Positions 39,537 to 50,230 are shown, counted from the stretch's first letter. The stretch is DNA of 64,000 nucleotides from Leptospiraceae bacterium (GCA_040217195.1 JAVJNR010000007.1:1-64000); one strand, 5' to 3'. Numbers and translations are program-made. The notes: generated by a model not told the origin, from the sequence alone.

Positions 39537-40637
39537 ATGAACCGCAAAGGAATTGCAATTGGATTGGCGCTAATCCTGCTGAGCACAGGATATTCGGGAG
39601 CCGAATCAGTAGGTGAAAAAGCCTACAAAAAGAGAAATGAGCTTATTGTATATTTGCGAAAGCTCCGACCCATGGCCTATAATTTTCCATGCGAGCCTCT
39701 TCCAGAATGCTTGCCTCAGGACATTAACGAGCAGAGAAGGAATCCCGGGCCAAATGTAACGGCGTACCGGGATATTAAGAGAATCTATCAGGAAGGCCTG
39801 ATCTATCTTTTCGAACGAAACTTTGTAAACTCTTACAGCCGATTCCTGGAAGCTCAGTCCAGATTGGATCATTTGCTGGAAGATATGTCGCAGCAATACA
39901 TTGATCGCACCGAGGTCATGATTCGAGAATCTATTGAGCGCCAGAATCCCAACGATCCCAGGGATACCTCTGTGGTAGACATCTCCATAGATTACGGCCC
40001 CAATTCCAAGCTTCGCAGAGATTTTGATCAGGATCGTGAAATTCCGGTAGATGTAAGAAGATACGATCCGCGAAACTATCATTATGCGATGAATAAGTAC
40101 CGGATTGAAGCCAATATGAAAAAAGGCTACGAGATGCTTGGAATGGCTAAGGAAGCCCGTCTACGAGCGGTGCAGATTGGCCAGGACCTACCGGAGGGCA
40201 GACCACTGTCTCCAGCTCAATTGCAGAAAAGACTCGAGGGGTATATGGCTTCTATTGAGCTGACTCGCCAGGCCAAGATCAATGCTGAATTCATTTTTGC
40301 TCTAAAGTATCCGTACAAAAACTACTATATGCTGAATCCTACCGGTAAGACGGAGAAGATCGATGCGGAAAATGGAGAGATTCCAACCATTCATGGTATT
40401 AAGATGAACTGGTCCAAGAATCCGTATGCATTCCCCAAAGAGCTGCATCCACTATTTGATCTTAGAGTTCCCCAGAAATGGCACAGGGATCTAGTAGATG
40501 CAAGAGAGAAGCGCTTTGACGATGAGATTGATGTGCATCTTCGATTTCGCTACCACAAGGATGGGGAAGAACCTGTGGAGATAATGGAAGATCCGCAAGG
40601 TCAGAATCTGCAGGATGGTAGAAGCCCGGATCTATGA
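39537..40637 (+). CDS. Exported hypothetical protein
   Basis: Signal peptide; long ORF followed by a terminator. Confidence 0.7.
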   Translation: MNRKGIAIGLALILLSTGYSGAESVGEKAYKKRNELIVYLRKLRPMAYNFPCEPLPECLPQDINEQRRNPGPNVTAYRDIKRIYQEGLIYLFERNFVNSYSRFLEAQSRLDHLLEDMSQQYIDRTEVMIRESIERQNPNDPRDTSVVDISIDYGPNSKLRRDFDQDREIPVDVRRYDPRNYHYAMNKYRIEANMKKGYEMLGMAKEARLRAVQIGQDLPEGRPLSPAQLQKRLEGYMASIELTRQAKINAEFIFALKYPYKNYYMLNPTGKTEKIDAENGEIPTIHGIKMNWSKNPYAFPKELHPLFDLRVPQKWHRDLVDAREKRFDDEIDVHLRFRYHKDGEEPVEIMEDPQGQNLQDGRSPDL

Positions 40638-40657
40638 TGGTAGAAGCCCGGATCTAT
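40614..40657. repeat. Perfect 22-bp tandem duplication spanning the stop codon
   Basis: GATGGTAGAAGCCCGGATCTAT x2. Confidence 0.9.
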
Positions 40658-40706
40658 AATTCCAGGTCTACTTCACTAATGCAGGAAGTGTAACCTGCAC
40701 CTCCTG

Positions 40707-40738
40707 AAAAAAGCCGGCTGTCTGAGTCGGCTTTTTTT
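40707..40738. terminator. Intrinsic terminator, probably bidirectional
   Basis: AAAAAAGCCGGCT-GTCTG-AGTCGGCTTTTTTT. Confidence 0.85.
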
Positions 40739-41123
40739 ATGCCTGCGTCACATGACAGTAACGCTGTGGATCCTCGAGCAATAGGACCCACCGGGAATAT
40801 AAGATCAGAAAGCCTGGCTAGCATCTTAAATCTGGATATCTGCTGCGGCCTCCAGAAGCCCCGGAGCATGCCGCATCCAATACCTTTCCTGCAGTCTTTC
40901 ATACAGCTCAATGGCCTGGAAGGCAAATAGGATTGCTATATCAACTTAGAACAAACGGCCGGGAAACGGTGAACGGGAAAGGTACCTGCAGACATTCTGA
41001 TATTTAATTTAGTACCACTGAGAATCATCGATCCAATGGCCGCAGACTAAAAATAAAAAGGGGCCGATTTCTCGACCCCTTGAGCGATGCCAGACCATTC
41101 CGGCATCCTGGTTTTTTTATCCC

Positions 41124-42191
41124 TTATGCAGCCTTGGACTTTCTGCTTTTTGCCATAAACAGAATACCCACAATGACCAGCACAAAGAATATTAGAACAA
41201 GCCACCAGTATTCAATGAGCAGGAATGTAATTCCCATAGCCACAAATGCAAATGCAAAGAATACGAAGCGAATCAGACCGGCTCCAAAATCCCCGATAAT
41301 AGGAATGAACTCGATTAGAGTTAGCAATGGGCCAACCAGAAGGCTAAGACCGCCACCCAGGCAGAGCACGGAAGCAGCAAATAGAATCCAGGTCATCGTA
41401 GTGTCCTCGGATGCTTTGTTCCCCATCACTGTTTCGTAATCGCCAGCGCCTACCAGGAGGAATTCCTTGAACGGTTCAAATGAACTGCCTTCCGCCATAC
41501 CTACAACTGTGTGTTCCGCGGCCGGATCATACCCTGTTCCAGAATAGGAAAAACGCTCGCAGCCTACGGTTGGGCTACTGGCACATGCATCGTTTTCATA
41601 GAATTTCCCATCACTGAATGGAAATCCACCGATCATGTCTTCTTCTGTTATGGAAGCAGATGGCATACCAACATAATCGCGATCCTTCTGGCTAATGGTA
41701 TAGGTCTTACCACTAACTTCTAGAGTCGGATCCACGGATGCGCTGTACTCAGGTATTGCAAATGCCGGGTTTACGCGGCCTTCTTTGGCACATTGATTGC
41801 CATCCGCAGAGGTACCGGGGTTGCTCAACCAATCCATTTCGCATACGTAATACTTTTCAGTCTTTTCGCCAACTTTACGCGACTTTTCAACGTTCTTGTA
41901 CCCGTACATCTGTCTGCTCTTGCTCAAACTCAGGTAATTTCCAGGTTTGATGACCCCAGGCTCGCCCAGAGCCGGTGCTTTTAGAGTCCCAGTTGAATAA
42001 ACCGCTTTGTTTTCTTCTTTTGCTTTGGCGATCTCTTCAATTTTGAATGCACCTGCAAGCTCCTCGGAAGCTTGATCACGTTGGGATGCATACCAGACTA
42101 CACCAAAGCTTGCCGGAATCAGGACCAGTCCCAGTAGCACTCCCATTACGGAATTCTTTAATTTATCTAACGCGCCTTCCTCTTCGGCCAT
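41124..42191 (-). CDS. TMEM43/DUF1625-like membrane protein
   Basis: One N-terminal TM, a soluble domain and C-terminal TMs with FIPIIGD. Family call is from recall. Confidence 0.7.
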   Translation of the reverse strand: MAEEEGALDKLKNSVMGVLLGLVLIPASFGVVWYASQRDQASEELAGAFKIEEIAKAKEENKAVYSTGTLKAPALGEPGVIKPGNYLSLSKSRQMYGYKNVEKSRKVGEKTEKYYVCEMDWLSNPGTSADGNQCAKEGRVNPAFAIPEYSASVDPTLEVSGKTYTISQKDRDYVGMPSASITEEDMIGGFPFSDGKFYENDACASSPTVGCERFSYSGTGYDPAAEHTVVGMAEGSSFEPFKEFLLVGAGDYETVMGNKASEDTTMTWILFAASVLCLGGGLSLLVGPLLTLIEFIPIIGDFGAGLIRFVFFAFAFVAMGITFLLIEYWWLVLIFFVLVIVGILFMAKSRKSKAA

Positions 42192-42563
42192 AAACCTTTC
42201 TCCTTCTTACTCTAAGTGAGCTTGCGCTCTTTGCGCTTTGAGTAATATATAACTTAGTTTCCATCCATGATTATGGACCTGGCTCATTATAGACAGGGAT
42301 TCTGAATTGCAACCTAAAACCCATTCCCGGTACCGCTTAAGTCGCAGTAATGTGGCCAATGTCCGAAAAATCCATAAATGCAGGCCTTTCAGAAGACTGA
42401 CCGGATATTTACGGTCTGAACGGTCGATACAGAAGGAAAAAGAAGCCAGCGATGGGCCAGCTGAAGAAGGTTTAACAGTACATGGCTGCGTTTTTGCGCC
42501 GCTCCGTAGAATGGCCGCAGGCAATACTCAGTTTAATGGCAGCGAGGTGCTGCAAATGAGGGG

Positions 42564-42588
42564 GGCCCACCGGATTCACCGGTGGGCC
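42564..42588 (-). terminator. Hairpin immediately after lon
   Basis: GGCCCACCGG-ATTCA-CCGGTGGGCC; weak U tract. Confidence 0.55.
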
Positions 42589-42595
42589 GAAAAGT

Positions 42596-44989
42596 TTACC
42601 AGCCCTCACGGTCCGGAAACTCGGGCGAAGGCTCCTGAAGCGCATTCTGCACAAGCTCCATCATTGAAGAATAGAATTGCACTTCCAGTCCCTCTTTTAC
42701 ATGATCCGGAAGCTCTTCGTAGTCCGGCCGATTCTTCTCGGGAAGGAAGACATTGCTGATTCCAGCCGTCCTGGCTGCCAGAACCTTCTCTTTAATGCCT
42801 CCCACCGGAAGCACCCTACCACGCAATGAAATCTCTCCAGTCATGGCCAGATCATCCTTTAAAGGTCGATTCGTAAACAGGCTGGTCAGAGCAGTCAGCA
42901 AAGTTACTCCGGCGGAAGGACCATCTTTTGGAGTGGCCCCACTGGGGATATGTACGTGCAGATCCTTGTGCTTTAGCTCCTGGGGATTGATTCCCAGCTC
43001 TCTGGCATGCGCTTTAAGAAATGAAAGTGCTGCAAGAGCAGATTCTTTCATAACATCTCCCAGCTGACCTGACAGTCGAAGCTCCCCTTTACCTTCGTAA
43101 GCAGTAGCTTCGATATATAAGATGTCGCCGCCCACCGGAGTCCATGCAAGACCGATGGCCACACCCGGCGCTCGAGTGTCTTCTTTTGTGTCTCGAATAA
43201 ATCTATCTCGACCCAGGTGTTCCTGAACTTCATCTCGGCCAAAGATTTGCCCGGATTCTTCCTCTTCGTTATCATGAATCCTGAGCACAGCTTTTCGAGC
43301 CAGAGATTCCAGTTTTCGCTTCAGAGTACGTACGCCGGCTTCCCGAGTATGATTTTCGATCACTCTACGAATTGCATCGTCTTCGATTCTAACTTTGTCT
43401 TCTGGTAGCTTAAGATCGCTTAGAATTTTCGGAAGCAGGTGCTTTCTTGCAATGGCTTCTTTCTCTGCCAGTGTATAGCCGGAAAGAAATACTAATTCCA
43501 TCCTGTCCAACAGAGGTGCCGGAATTGTTTCCAGACTGTTCGCAGTGCAGATAAAGAGTGCCCGGGAAAGATCATAGGAAAGACCCAGGTAGTGATCCTC
43601 AAAATGGCTGTTCTGCTCCGGATCCAGAACTTCAAGCAAAGCTGCAGAAGGATCTCCATGAAATGAAGCGCCGGTTTTGTCGATTTCATCCAGGAGAAAA
43701 ACTGGATCCCGCTGACGTGCCTTTTTCATCGCTGCCAGAATCTTTCCAGGTAGAGCCCCCACATAGGTTCTGCGATGACCGCGAATTTCCGCTTCATCTC
43801 GAACGCCTCCCAGAGCTGCACGCACCAATGGCCGTTCCATGGATCTCGCTACAGATCGAGCCAGGGATGTTTTTCCCACTCCTGGAGGACCTACCAGACA
43901 GAGAATTGGGGCCCGGAAACCTCCGGTCTGCTTTTCCACAGCCAGGTGTTCCAGAATTCTCTTCTTAACCTCTTCCAGGCCTTCATGATCTTCATCCAGA
44001 GCAGAGCTGGCTTTCTTTAGATCAATGGTCCTTGGCTCCGGATCCTCCCAGGGTAAATCGTTCACAAGCTCCAGCCAGTTGCGAATCTGACCTGCTTCCA
44101 TTGTGCCCTGGGGACCATCCTGTAGACGGCGGTATCTGCTCAGCTCTTTGTTTACCTGTTTTCGCACCTCTTCAGGTAGCGATTTCTCCCGAAGCTGATT
44201 TTCCAGCTCATCGTCATCGCCGCCATCTTCTTCACCCAGTTCTTTGCGAATAGTTTCCAGTTGCTTTCGCAAATAGAACTCTCGCTGCATTTTGGAGGTG
44301 TCCTGTTCCACCTTCTTGCGAACCTCGTTTTCCATTTTCAGGCGCTGAGTTTCTTCCACCAGATAGCTCTGTACTGTTTCCAGCTTCTCTTTAATGGAGC
44401 TAATTCTAAGAGCCTGGATCTTTTCTTCAGCGGGCTTCTGAGAGAAAAACAAAACCTGATTTGCAAGCGCACTTGGATTACTTAGCTTTCGAACAAATGT
44501 AGATATTTCATCGGGAATCCCGGGATGACTTTCTACGTAACCCAGAACATGGGCTTTGAATTCCTGGAACTGCTCATCTGTATAATCTTCAATCTCGCCT
44601 AGCGGGGAGATTCGACCGGTTAAATAGGGCTGCTTGCTGGTAATTCGGTTCAGCTCAATTTTCTGAACACCCTGCAACAGAACTTGATACCCTCCTTCGC
44701 TCATGGGCATCACTTTATGGATCTCAGCGAGCACTCCGGTACTGTATAGATCCTTCTGATCGATTTGCTCTACATCCGCAGACTTCTGGGTAAATAGAGC
44801 GACCAGAGCTCCAGGCTTACCCAGTTGCTCCACCAGTTCCAGAGTACCGGATCGGCCCACGAAGATTGGTAGCACAACTCCAGGAAATACCAGGGCATTT
44901 CTGAGAGGAATAATAGGCGCCTCAAAAGGCACATCCTCCGTCTGAATTTGAGTTATATTTTGATCTGCATAACGAATCACTGATTCCAT
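42596..44989 (-). CDS. lon: Lon protease
   Basis: GPPGVGKTS, LLDEIDK, PKDGPSAG (catalytic Ser) and GGIKEK. Confidence 0.97.
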   Translation of the reverse strand: MESVIRYADQNITQIQTEDVPFEAPIIPLRNALVFPGVVLPIFVGRSGTLELVEQLGKPGALVALFTQKSADVEQIDQKDLYSTGVLAEIHKVMPMSEGGYQVLLQGVQKIELNRITSKQPYLTGRISPLGEIEDYTDEQFQEFKAHVLGYVESHPGIPDEISTFVRKLSNPSALANQVLFFSQKPAEEKIQALRISSIKEKLETVQSYLVEETQRLKMENEVRKKVEQDTSKMQREFYLRKQLETIRKELGEEDGGDDDELENQLREKSLPEEVRKQVNKELSRYRRLQDGPQGTMEAGQIRNWLELVNDLPWEDPEPRTIDLKKASSALDEDHEGLEEVKKRILEHLAVEKQTGGFRAPILCLVGPPGVGKTSLARSVARSMERPLVRAALGGVRDEAEIRGHRRTYVGALPGKILAAMKKARQRDPVFLLDEIDKTGASFHGDPSAALLEVLDPEQNSHFEDHYLGLSYDLSRALFICTANSLETIPAPLLDRMELVFLSGYTLAEKEAIARKHLLPKILSDLKLPEDKVRIEDDAIRRVIENHTREAGVRTLKRKLESLARKAVLRIHDNEEEESGQIFGRDEVQEHLGRDRFIRDTKEDTRAPGVAIGLAWTPVGGDILYIEATAYEGKGELRLSGQLGDVMKESALAALSFLKAHARELGINPQELKHKDLHVHIPSGATPKDGPSAGVTLLTALTSLFTNRPLKDDLAMTGEISLRGRVLPVGGIKEKVLAARTAGISNVFLPEKNRPDYEELPDHVKEGLEVQFYSSMMELVQNALQEPSPEFPDREGW

Positions 44990-45289
44990 CCTTTGTTACT
45001 CCTGACTGTGCTGATTCCGGAAGAATAAGAAAGTCCGCCGGGAAAGGCTAACCTGCAGGAATAGTACCAACCACCGAGCACTTCAGAGGCAGAATAATGC
45101 CTGAGTAGCCTTCTGTCGGCTTCATTTTGTCAGTCGATCCTGTCAGTGTGACAGGATTCACCGACGTTTTCATGGATCTAAAGGCATCAAAATCCTGCCA
45201 CCTCTTGCGCTCGGCATCGTCTAAACCGATACTGAATTAGGCCCGTATTTTCTCCGGGTCCGTTCTGGCCCGTCCCGAGGATCTCTATC

Positions 45290-46363
45290 ATGATTAGAAG
45301 TAACTGGAATTTGACCATCAGGCTATTTTGCTTCGCTCTAGCTGGCACTCTATTCCTTGGCGTTGCACCGATTCAGGCAAGAAACGGATTTTCGCCCATG
45401 AACGACCCCGCGCTGCGGGAGTCCTATAAGAGTGCCCGTGCTCTTCAACGTATCTTCCGGGCCGTGTACGACTATGCCAGGCCGGGAGTGGTACAGATAA
45501 CCACAGAATCTCTGGAAGATCGACCTGCTCCCAACGGCAGCGGACCAGCAACGCCTCAATCCCAGGGCAGTGGATTTATTATCGATTCCAATGGATGGAT
45601 TGTAACTAACCGACATGTAATTGGTGACTCAAAGGAAGTAACCGTCAAGCTACACGATGGAAGAACCTTCACGGCCACGGTTCGCGGTTCGGACCCTCTT
45701 ACCGACATTGCATTGATTCGGGTTCAGGGAGCTGGTTCCCTGGATGCATTGAAAATGGGCGATTCAGATAATGTGAAGGTCGGAGACTGGGCCATCGCAC
45801 TGGGAAATCCCTTTGGTCTGGATGGATCCTTTACAGTAGGAGTCATTTCCGCTGTGGGCCGGGTTGGCCTGGATGCCAGCGGACTGAACTTCATTCAAAC
45901 CGACGCTTCCATCAATCAAGGAAACTCCGGTGGCCCACTGCTCAATCTGGACGGGGAAGTCATAGGAATCAATCGTATGATCCTTTCTCCCAGCGGAGGC
46001 TCCATTGGCATTGGTTTTGCTATTCCGACCAATGAAGTGCGCTATGTTATAGAAGAGATTCGCAGAAATGGCCGGGTGGATCGAGGTTTACTGGGTGTGG
46101 CCGTGGATGTGCTGCCGGCCCGTTTACGTAAATTTACAAACGGTCGAGGCGTTCTTGTAACCGGCGTGAAACCCGGAACAGGTGCCGATCTTGCCGGAAT
46201 AAAGAAAGGAGATGTAATCCTGAAAGTGGATGGAAAGACGGTAATCTATCCCGGTGAACTGGTAGGACTGATTTCCCGTAGAAAGCCCGGAGATAAGGTA
46301 GAAGTGGAGATCATTCGAAATCTCGAAACACAGAAGGTTACCGTTACCCTGGGACGAAGATAA
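45290..46363 (+). CDS. HtrA/DegP-family serine protease with one PDZ domain
   Basis: GSGFII, TNRHV, DIAL and INQGNSGGPL; C-terminal PDZ. Confidence 0.95.
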   Translation: MIRSNWNLTIRLFCFALAGTLFLGVAPIQARNGFSPMNDPALRESYKSARALQRIFRAVYDYARPGVVQITTESLEDRPAPNGSGPATPQSQGSGFIIDSNGWIVTNRHVIGDSKEVTVKLHDGRTFTATVRGSDPLTDIALIRVQGAGSLDALKMGDSDNVKVGDWAIALGNPFGLDGSFTVGVISAVGRVGLDASGLNFIQTDASINQGNSGGPLLNLDGEVIGINRMILSPSGGSIGIGFAIPTNEVRYVIEEIRRNGRVDRGLLGVAVDVLPARLRKFTNGRGVLVTGVKPGTGADLAGIKKGDVILKVDGKTVIYPGELVGLISRRKPGDKVEVEIIRNLETQKVTVTLGRR

Positions 46364-46450
46364 CAAACTTTTTTAACGAATTCCAGGTTTCCGCCGTCCA
46401 ATTAATCAGCGAATGCCGGGTCAAGCAGGCCCTCTATTCGCAGGTACCCT

Positions 46451-46894
46451 GTGATGAAACCCTACGGTCTTGTGCTGCTTCTTGGAGTATCAGCGGTAAC
46501 TTCTGCCGGATGGAAGGACCTGCGCTCTGAGCCCCCTCAGGCAGGCCAGCCAGGACTGAATATAGTTTCTGAAAGCTACCTTCAAGAGGTTTCACACAGA
46601 AATGGGCCCAGCCTTGCCGGACGATTCACGGTTCATTCTAATCAGGATGGACTGGACTCAGGGTTAGATCTGGAAGCCCTCCAGTCTGGATTCTCCAATC
46701 GAACCAGGCCCACATTACCTCAAAAAAGAAAAGCAGATGAGCCATTCCCGGGTGGCCAGTTCTTAACAGAGCAGCCCTATTTAGCTTATTGGGAAATTCT
46801 CTTCAAAAATGGCTCCTTTCTCTGGTCTTTACTGTCGCTGGGCCTGGCCGTAGTCTTTGCAGGCTACCTGCTCAGAAACCCGGGCAATACCTGA
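46451..46894 (+). CDS. Small exported protein with a C-terminal anchor shared with the LruC paralogs
   Basis: Signal peptide; tail LAYWEILFKNGSFLWSLLSLGL...LLRN. Confidence 0.65.
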   Translation: MMKPYGLVLLLGVSAVTSAGWKDLRSEPPQAGQPGLNIVSESYLQEVSHRNGPSLAGRFTVHSNQDGLDSGLDLEALQSGFSNRTRPTLPQKRKADEPFPGGQFLTEQPYLAYWEILFKNGSFLWSLLSLGLAVVFAGYLLRNPGNT

Positions 46895-47136
46895 ATTATT
46901 AGCGTAATCAACCCGCCACGTCCTTAGGTTCCGGAGGAATCCAGAGGCGACATATTGGGCCATTCCAGGGGCACTAACTGTCAGTTGTACGAGTATGTAC
47001 TGGCTACCAGACTCATCTTTATTGCCCCGCTACTATTCAGGTCCCACTCGCAAAAACCGTCACATCTAAGTATGAGAGCTCGATACCTTCTCCAGCAAGA
47101 GATGGTGATGATACGAATCGAGCGGGAGGATCTCGT

Positions 47137-48543
47137 ATGAGAACATATAGTCAATTTCTGGCCCTGGCCTTGCTGGTAGCTGGATCTTTTATTCTGACAG
47201 ATTGCAAAAAAGATAAGGATGCACTGCCATTCTTCTTGCTGGGCAGCAATGCAGAATCCGCGCCTGGAAGTACTGTTACTGAAGAAACATCTGAAGGAAC
47301 GACGGTAACTACAACCAACGGTGATGTTACCGGCGAAGAGGAATTCGAGTTTCAAACATCTGAGACCATTGACATCAATGTAAATGTCACCGATGATGAT
47401 GGACCGGTGCCGGGTGCCACAGTCATCGTGAATGAAACTGAAACCGATGAAACTCTGTATCAGGGTGTAACCGATGAAGAAGGTAATGTCACAGGAACCA
47501 TTGAAGTAACACCAGAGAATGAAACCGTAACGGTCATCATTCAGGTAGGCGATGAATCCATTGAACAGGAAGTTTCGACTGATAACCTTCAGGAAATTAA
47601 CCGTGAAGTGGTTATCGACGGTTCCACCGGTGATTCCGCGATTGCAGATGCCGACGGAGATGGAATATCAGATTCGGCGGATCATTATCCAGATGATTCC
47701 ACCAGAGCTACGCGAGTTGTGGTGCCCAGCGCTGACGGACAGGTAGTTGCCTACGAAGACCTTTATCCCAGCCCCGGTGATGCAGACTTCAATGACTATG
47801 TCATAAAACTGAATCAAGAACTGGACCTGGATTCAAGCGGAAAGGTAATTAGAATTCGCGGTACCTATCGCCACATTGCTCGCGGCGCTGGTTACAAGCA
47901 TACTTTGCATTTGACTCTTCCCGGTTCTGGAACCGTAACAAGAAAGATCTATTCTTCCACAGGATCTCTTGAAAGCGAAGATAACCAGTCTGGAAATCTA
48001 ACCGGGATTGAGATTCTACCACGTAGCGATGGTACCATTAGCCAGAGTAACACTGTAAATGGACAGACCTTTCAGAGTGGAAAGTACGCTGAAATCGAAA
48101 TCGTGCTCAATGAAGCTGTATCTAGAAGCGAATTAGGACGTGCTCCCTTTGATCTATTCATCAAAGTGATCAATACCGGAAAAGAAGTGCACTTTCCTGG
48201 AAAATACATAGAAGAAGATGGATCCGATACCTATATGGATTCTAACGGATTTCCCTGGGCCCTGTCTGTTCCCAAAGAATGGAACTGGCCTTACGAAAGT
48301 CGTAACATTGCCGATGGGTATCCGGATTTTGAGACCTGGTATTTGTCCATGGGTCAGGAAAAGTCAGATTGGTACAAGAGAGCTCAGGATAGCTACGTAT
48401 TTCCCTATGTAACCAATGGTGCTCTGGCAGCCTATATCCGTGCCGGAATTGGTAATGGATCCCTGCTCTGGTCGATGCTGGCCCTGGGCCTTGCAGGTCT
48501 GCTGGGGTTGTTTCTTTACAGGGAAAAAACCCATCAGAGATAA
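47137..48543 (+). CDS. LruC-domain (DUF4842-like) lipoprotein, copy 1
   Basis: Lipobox LTDC; AYEDLYPSPGDADFND, APFDLFI, GFPWAL and YPDFETW; C-terminal TM. Confidence 0.88.
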   Translation: MRTYSQFLALALLVAGSFILTDCKKDKDALPFFLLGSNAESAPGSTVTEETSEGTTVTTTNGDVTGEEEFEFQTSETIDINVNVTDDDGPVPGATVIVNETETDETLYQGVTDEEGNVTGTIEVTPENETVTVIIQVGDESIEQEVSTDNLQEINREVVIDGSTGDSAIADADGDGISDSADHYPDDSTRATRVVVPSADGQVVAYEDLYPSPGDADFNDYVIKLNQELDLDSSGKVIRIRGTYRHIARGAGYKHTLHLTLPGSGTVTRKIYSSTGSLESEDNQSGNLTGIEILPRSDGTISQSNTVNGQTFQSGKYAEIEIVLNEAVSRSELGRAPFDLFIKVINTGKEVHFPGKYIEEDGSDTYMDSNGFPWALSVPKEWNWPYESRNIADGYPDFETWYLSMGQEKSDWYKRAQDSYVFPYVTNGALAAYIRAGIGNGSLLWSMLALGLAGLLGLFLYREKTHQR

Positions 48544-48562
48544 TTATTATAGATGATCCTAT

Positions 48563-48587
48563 GGGCCCCATTCCGGGGCCCTTTCTT
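48563..48587 (+). terminator. Intrinsic terminator
   Basis: GGGCCCC-ATTCC-GGGGCCC-TTTCTT. Confidence 0.75.
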
Positions 48588-48790
48588 CGGTAACGTTAAG
48601 CGACATAATCACTTCCAGGCCTGTCACTCTTTGCAGTAGTACCCGGGTGAATTGAGGTGGTTTTGACGTGGATTTTTGCATTAATCCTAAGAATTTTTGG
48701 TTTTCCTTCGTCTTTTTATCGTATGAGAGCTCGATGCCCTATCGATTCGGATCGGGCAAGAAACAAACAGACTGAGCGGGAGGATCTCAA

Positions 48791-50209
48791 ATGAGAATAA
48801 ACAGTCAAGTTCTGGCCCTTGCCATTGTAGCAGCCGGATCTTTAATACTGACGGATTGCAAGAAGGACAAGGATGCTTTGCCTTTCTTTTTGCTGGGGGC
48901 TGATGCACAATCCACTCCAGGCACTACAACCACTGGCGAAACCTCTGAGGGAACGACAGTAACCACTACAAACGGTGATGTAACTGGCGAAGAGGATTTT
49001 GAATTTCAGAATTCCGAAACTATCGATGTAAATATTACCGTTGTAGACGATGACGGTGAAGTGGACGGAGCAGTAGTAACCATCAAAGATGGAGACACTG
49101 GAGAAGTGCTCTACCAGGGCGTTACCGGCGAAGACGGTGTAGCCAGCGGTACAATTGAAGTCACTCCGGACAACGAAACATTGAATCTAGTGATCGAAGT
49201 TGGTGATGAAGTCATCGAAGATACCATCGCTACAGAAGATGTTCAGGAAGTTAACCGTGAAGTAACCATCGACGGCTCTGCAAATACAGATACCGGCGTG
49301 GCCGATGCCGATAACGATGGTATCTCAGACGAAAACGATGCTTATCCGAATGATCCGGACCGAGCCACCATAGTGAAGCTACCTTCTGCAGATGGACTGG
49401 TAGTTGCCTACGAAGACCTGTACCCAAGCCCGGGCGATGCAGACTTCAACGACTACGTGGTAAAAGTCTACCATGAAATTGATCTTAACTCAGCGGGTAA
49501 GGTTGTTCGCCTCCGTGGCGTTTACCAGCACCTGGCCAGAGGAGCGGGCTACAAGCATACTCTTCATTTGAATCTTCCTGGAAGCGGCGATGTAAATCAC
49601 AAGCTGTATGATTACCAGGGGAGAGTCGAAGAGGAAATCGACGAATACCGTGCCAGCCTGAACGATATTGAAGTTATGCCTGAGAGCAATAAAACTCTGG
49701 GTCATAAGAACACAGCCAATGGACAATCTTACAAAGAAGGTAAATACTCCGAATTGGAGATTACTTTCAGCGAGCCAATGACCAGAAGCGAACTGGGACG
49801 AGCTCCATTCGATTTGTTCATCAAAGTGATCAATACAGGACATGAAGTACACTTCGCAGGAAAATACTTCGAAGATGACGGATCCGATCGATATCTGGAT
49901 TCCAACGGCTTTCCATGGGCACTTTCCGTTCCAAAACAATGGAACTGGCCTTACGAAAAATCCAGCATCTCAGAAGCATACCCTGACTTCGACACCTGGT
50001 ATCTGTCTCTGGGACAGGAAAAAGCCGATTGGTACAAACGAGCCAACGAGGCACATACTTTCCCCTATGTGACTGAAGGTGCTCTGGCTGCCTATATTCG
50101 GGCCGGTTTTCAGAATGGCTCCATTCTGTGGACATTGCTGGCACTGGGAATCGCAGGCCTTGCAGCACTGTTTTTCTATAGAGAAAAAAGCCACCGAGCC
50201 AACAACTGA
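48791..50209 (+). CDS. LruC-domain lipoprotein, copy 2
   Basis: Full-length paralog of copy 1 with the same motifs. Confidence 0.88.
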   Translation: MRINSQVLALAIVAAGSLILTDCKKDKDALPFFLLGADAQSTPGTTTTGETSEGTTVTTTNGDVTGEEDFEFQNSETIDVNITVVDDDGEVDGAVVTIKDGDTGEVLYQGVTGEDGVASGTIEVTPDNETLNLVIEVGDEVIEDTIATEDVQEVNREVTIDGSANTDTGVADADNDGISDENDAYPNDPDRATIVKLPSADGLVVAYEDLYPSPGDADFNDYVVKVYHEIDLNSAGKVVRLRGVYQHLARGAGYKHTLHLNLPGSGDVNHKLYDYQGRVEEEIDEYRASLNDIEVMPESNKTLGHKNTANGQSYKEGKYSELEITFSEPMTRSELGRAPFDLFIKVINTGHEVHFAGKYFEDDGSDRYLDSNGFPWALSVPKQWNWPYEKSSISEAYPDFDTWYLSLGQEKADWYKRANEAHTFPYVTEGALAAYIRAGFQNGSILWTLLALGIAGLAALFFYREKSHRANN

Positions 50210-50230
50210 TAGGCAAACGGCCTTTCAGGG

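Noticed and set aside
44990..45289. CIRCE/HrcA operator upstream of lon
   Set aside because: No TTAGCACTC-N9-GAGTGCTAA was found.
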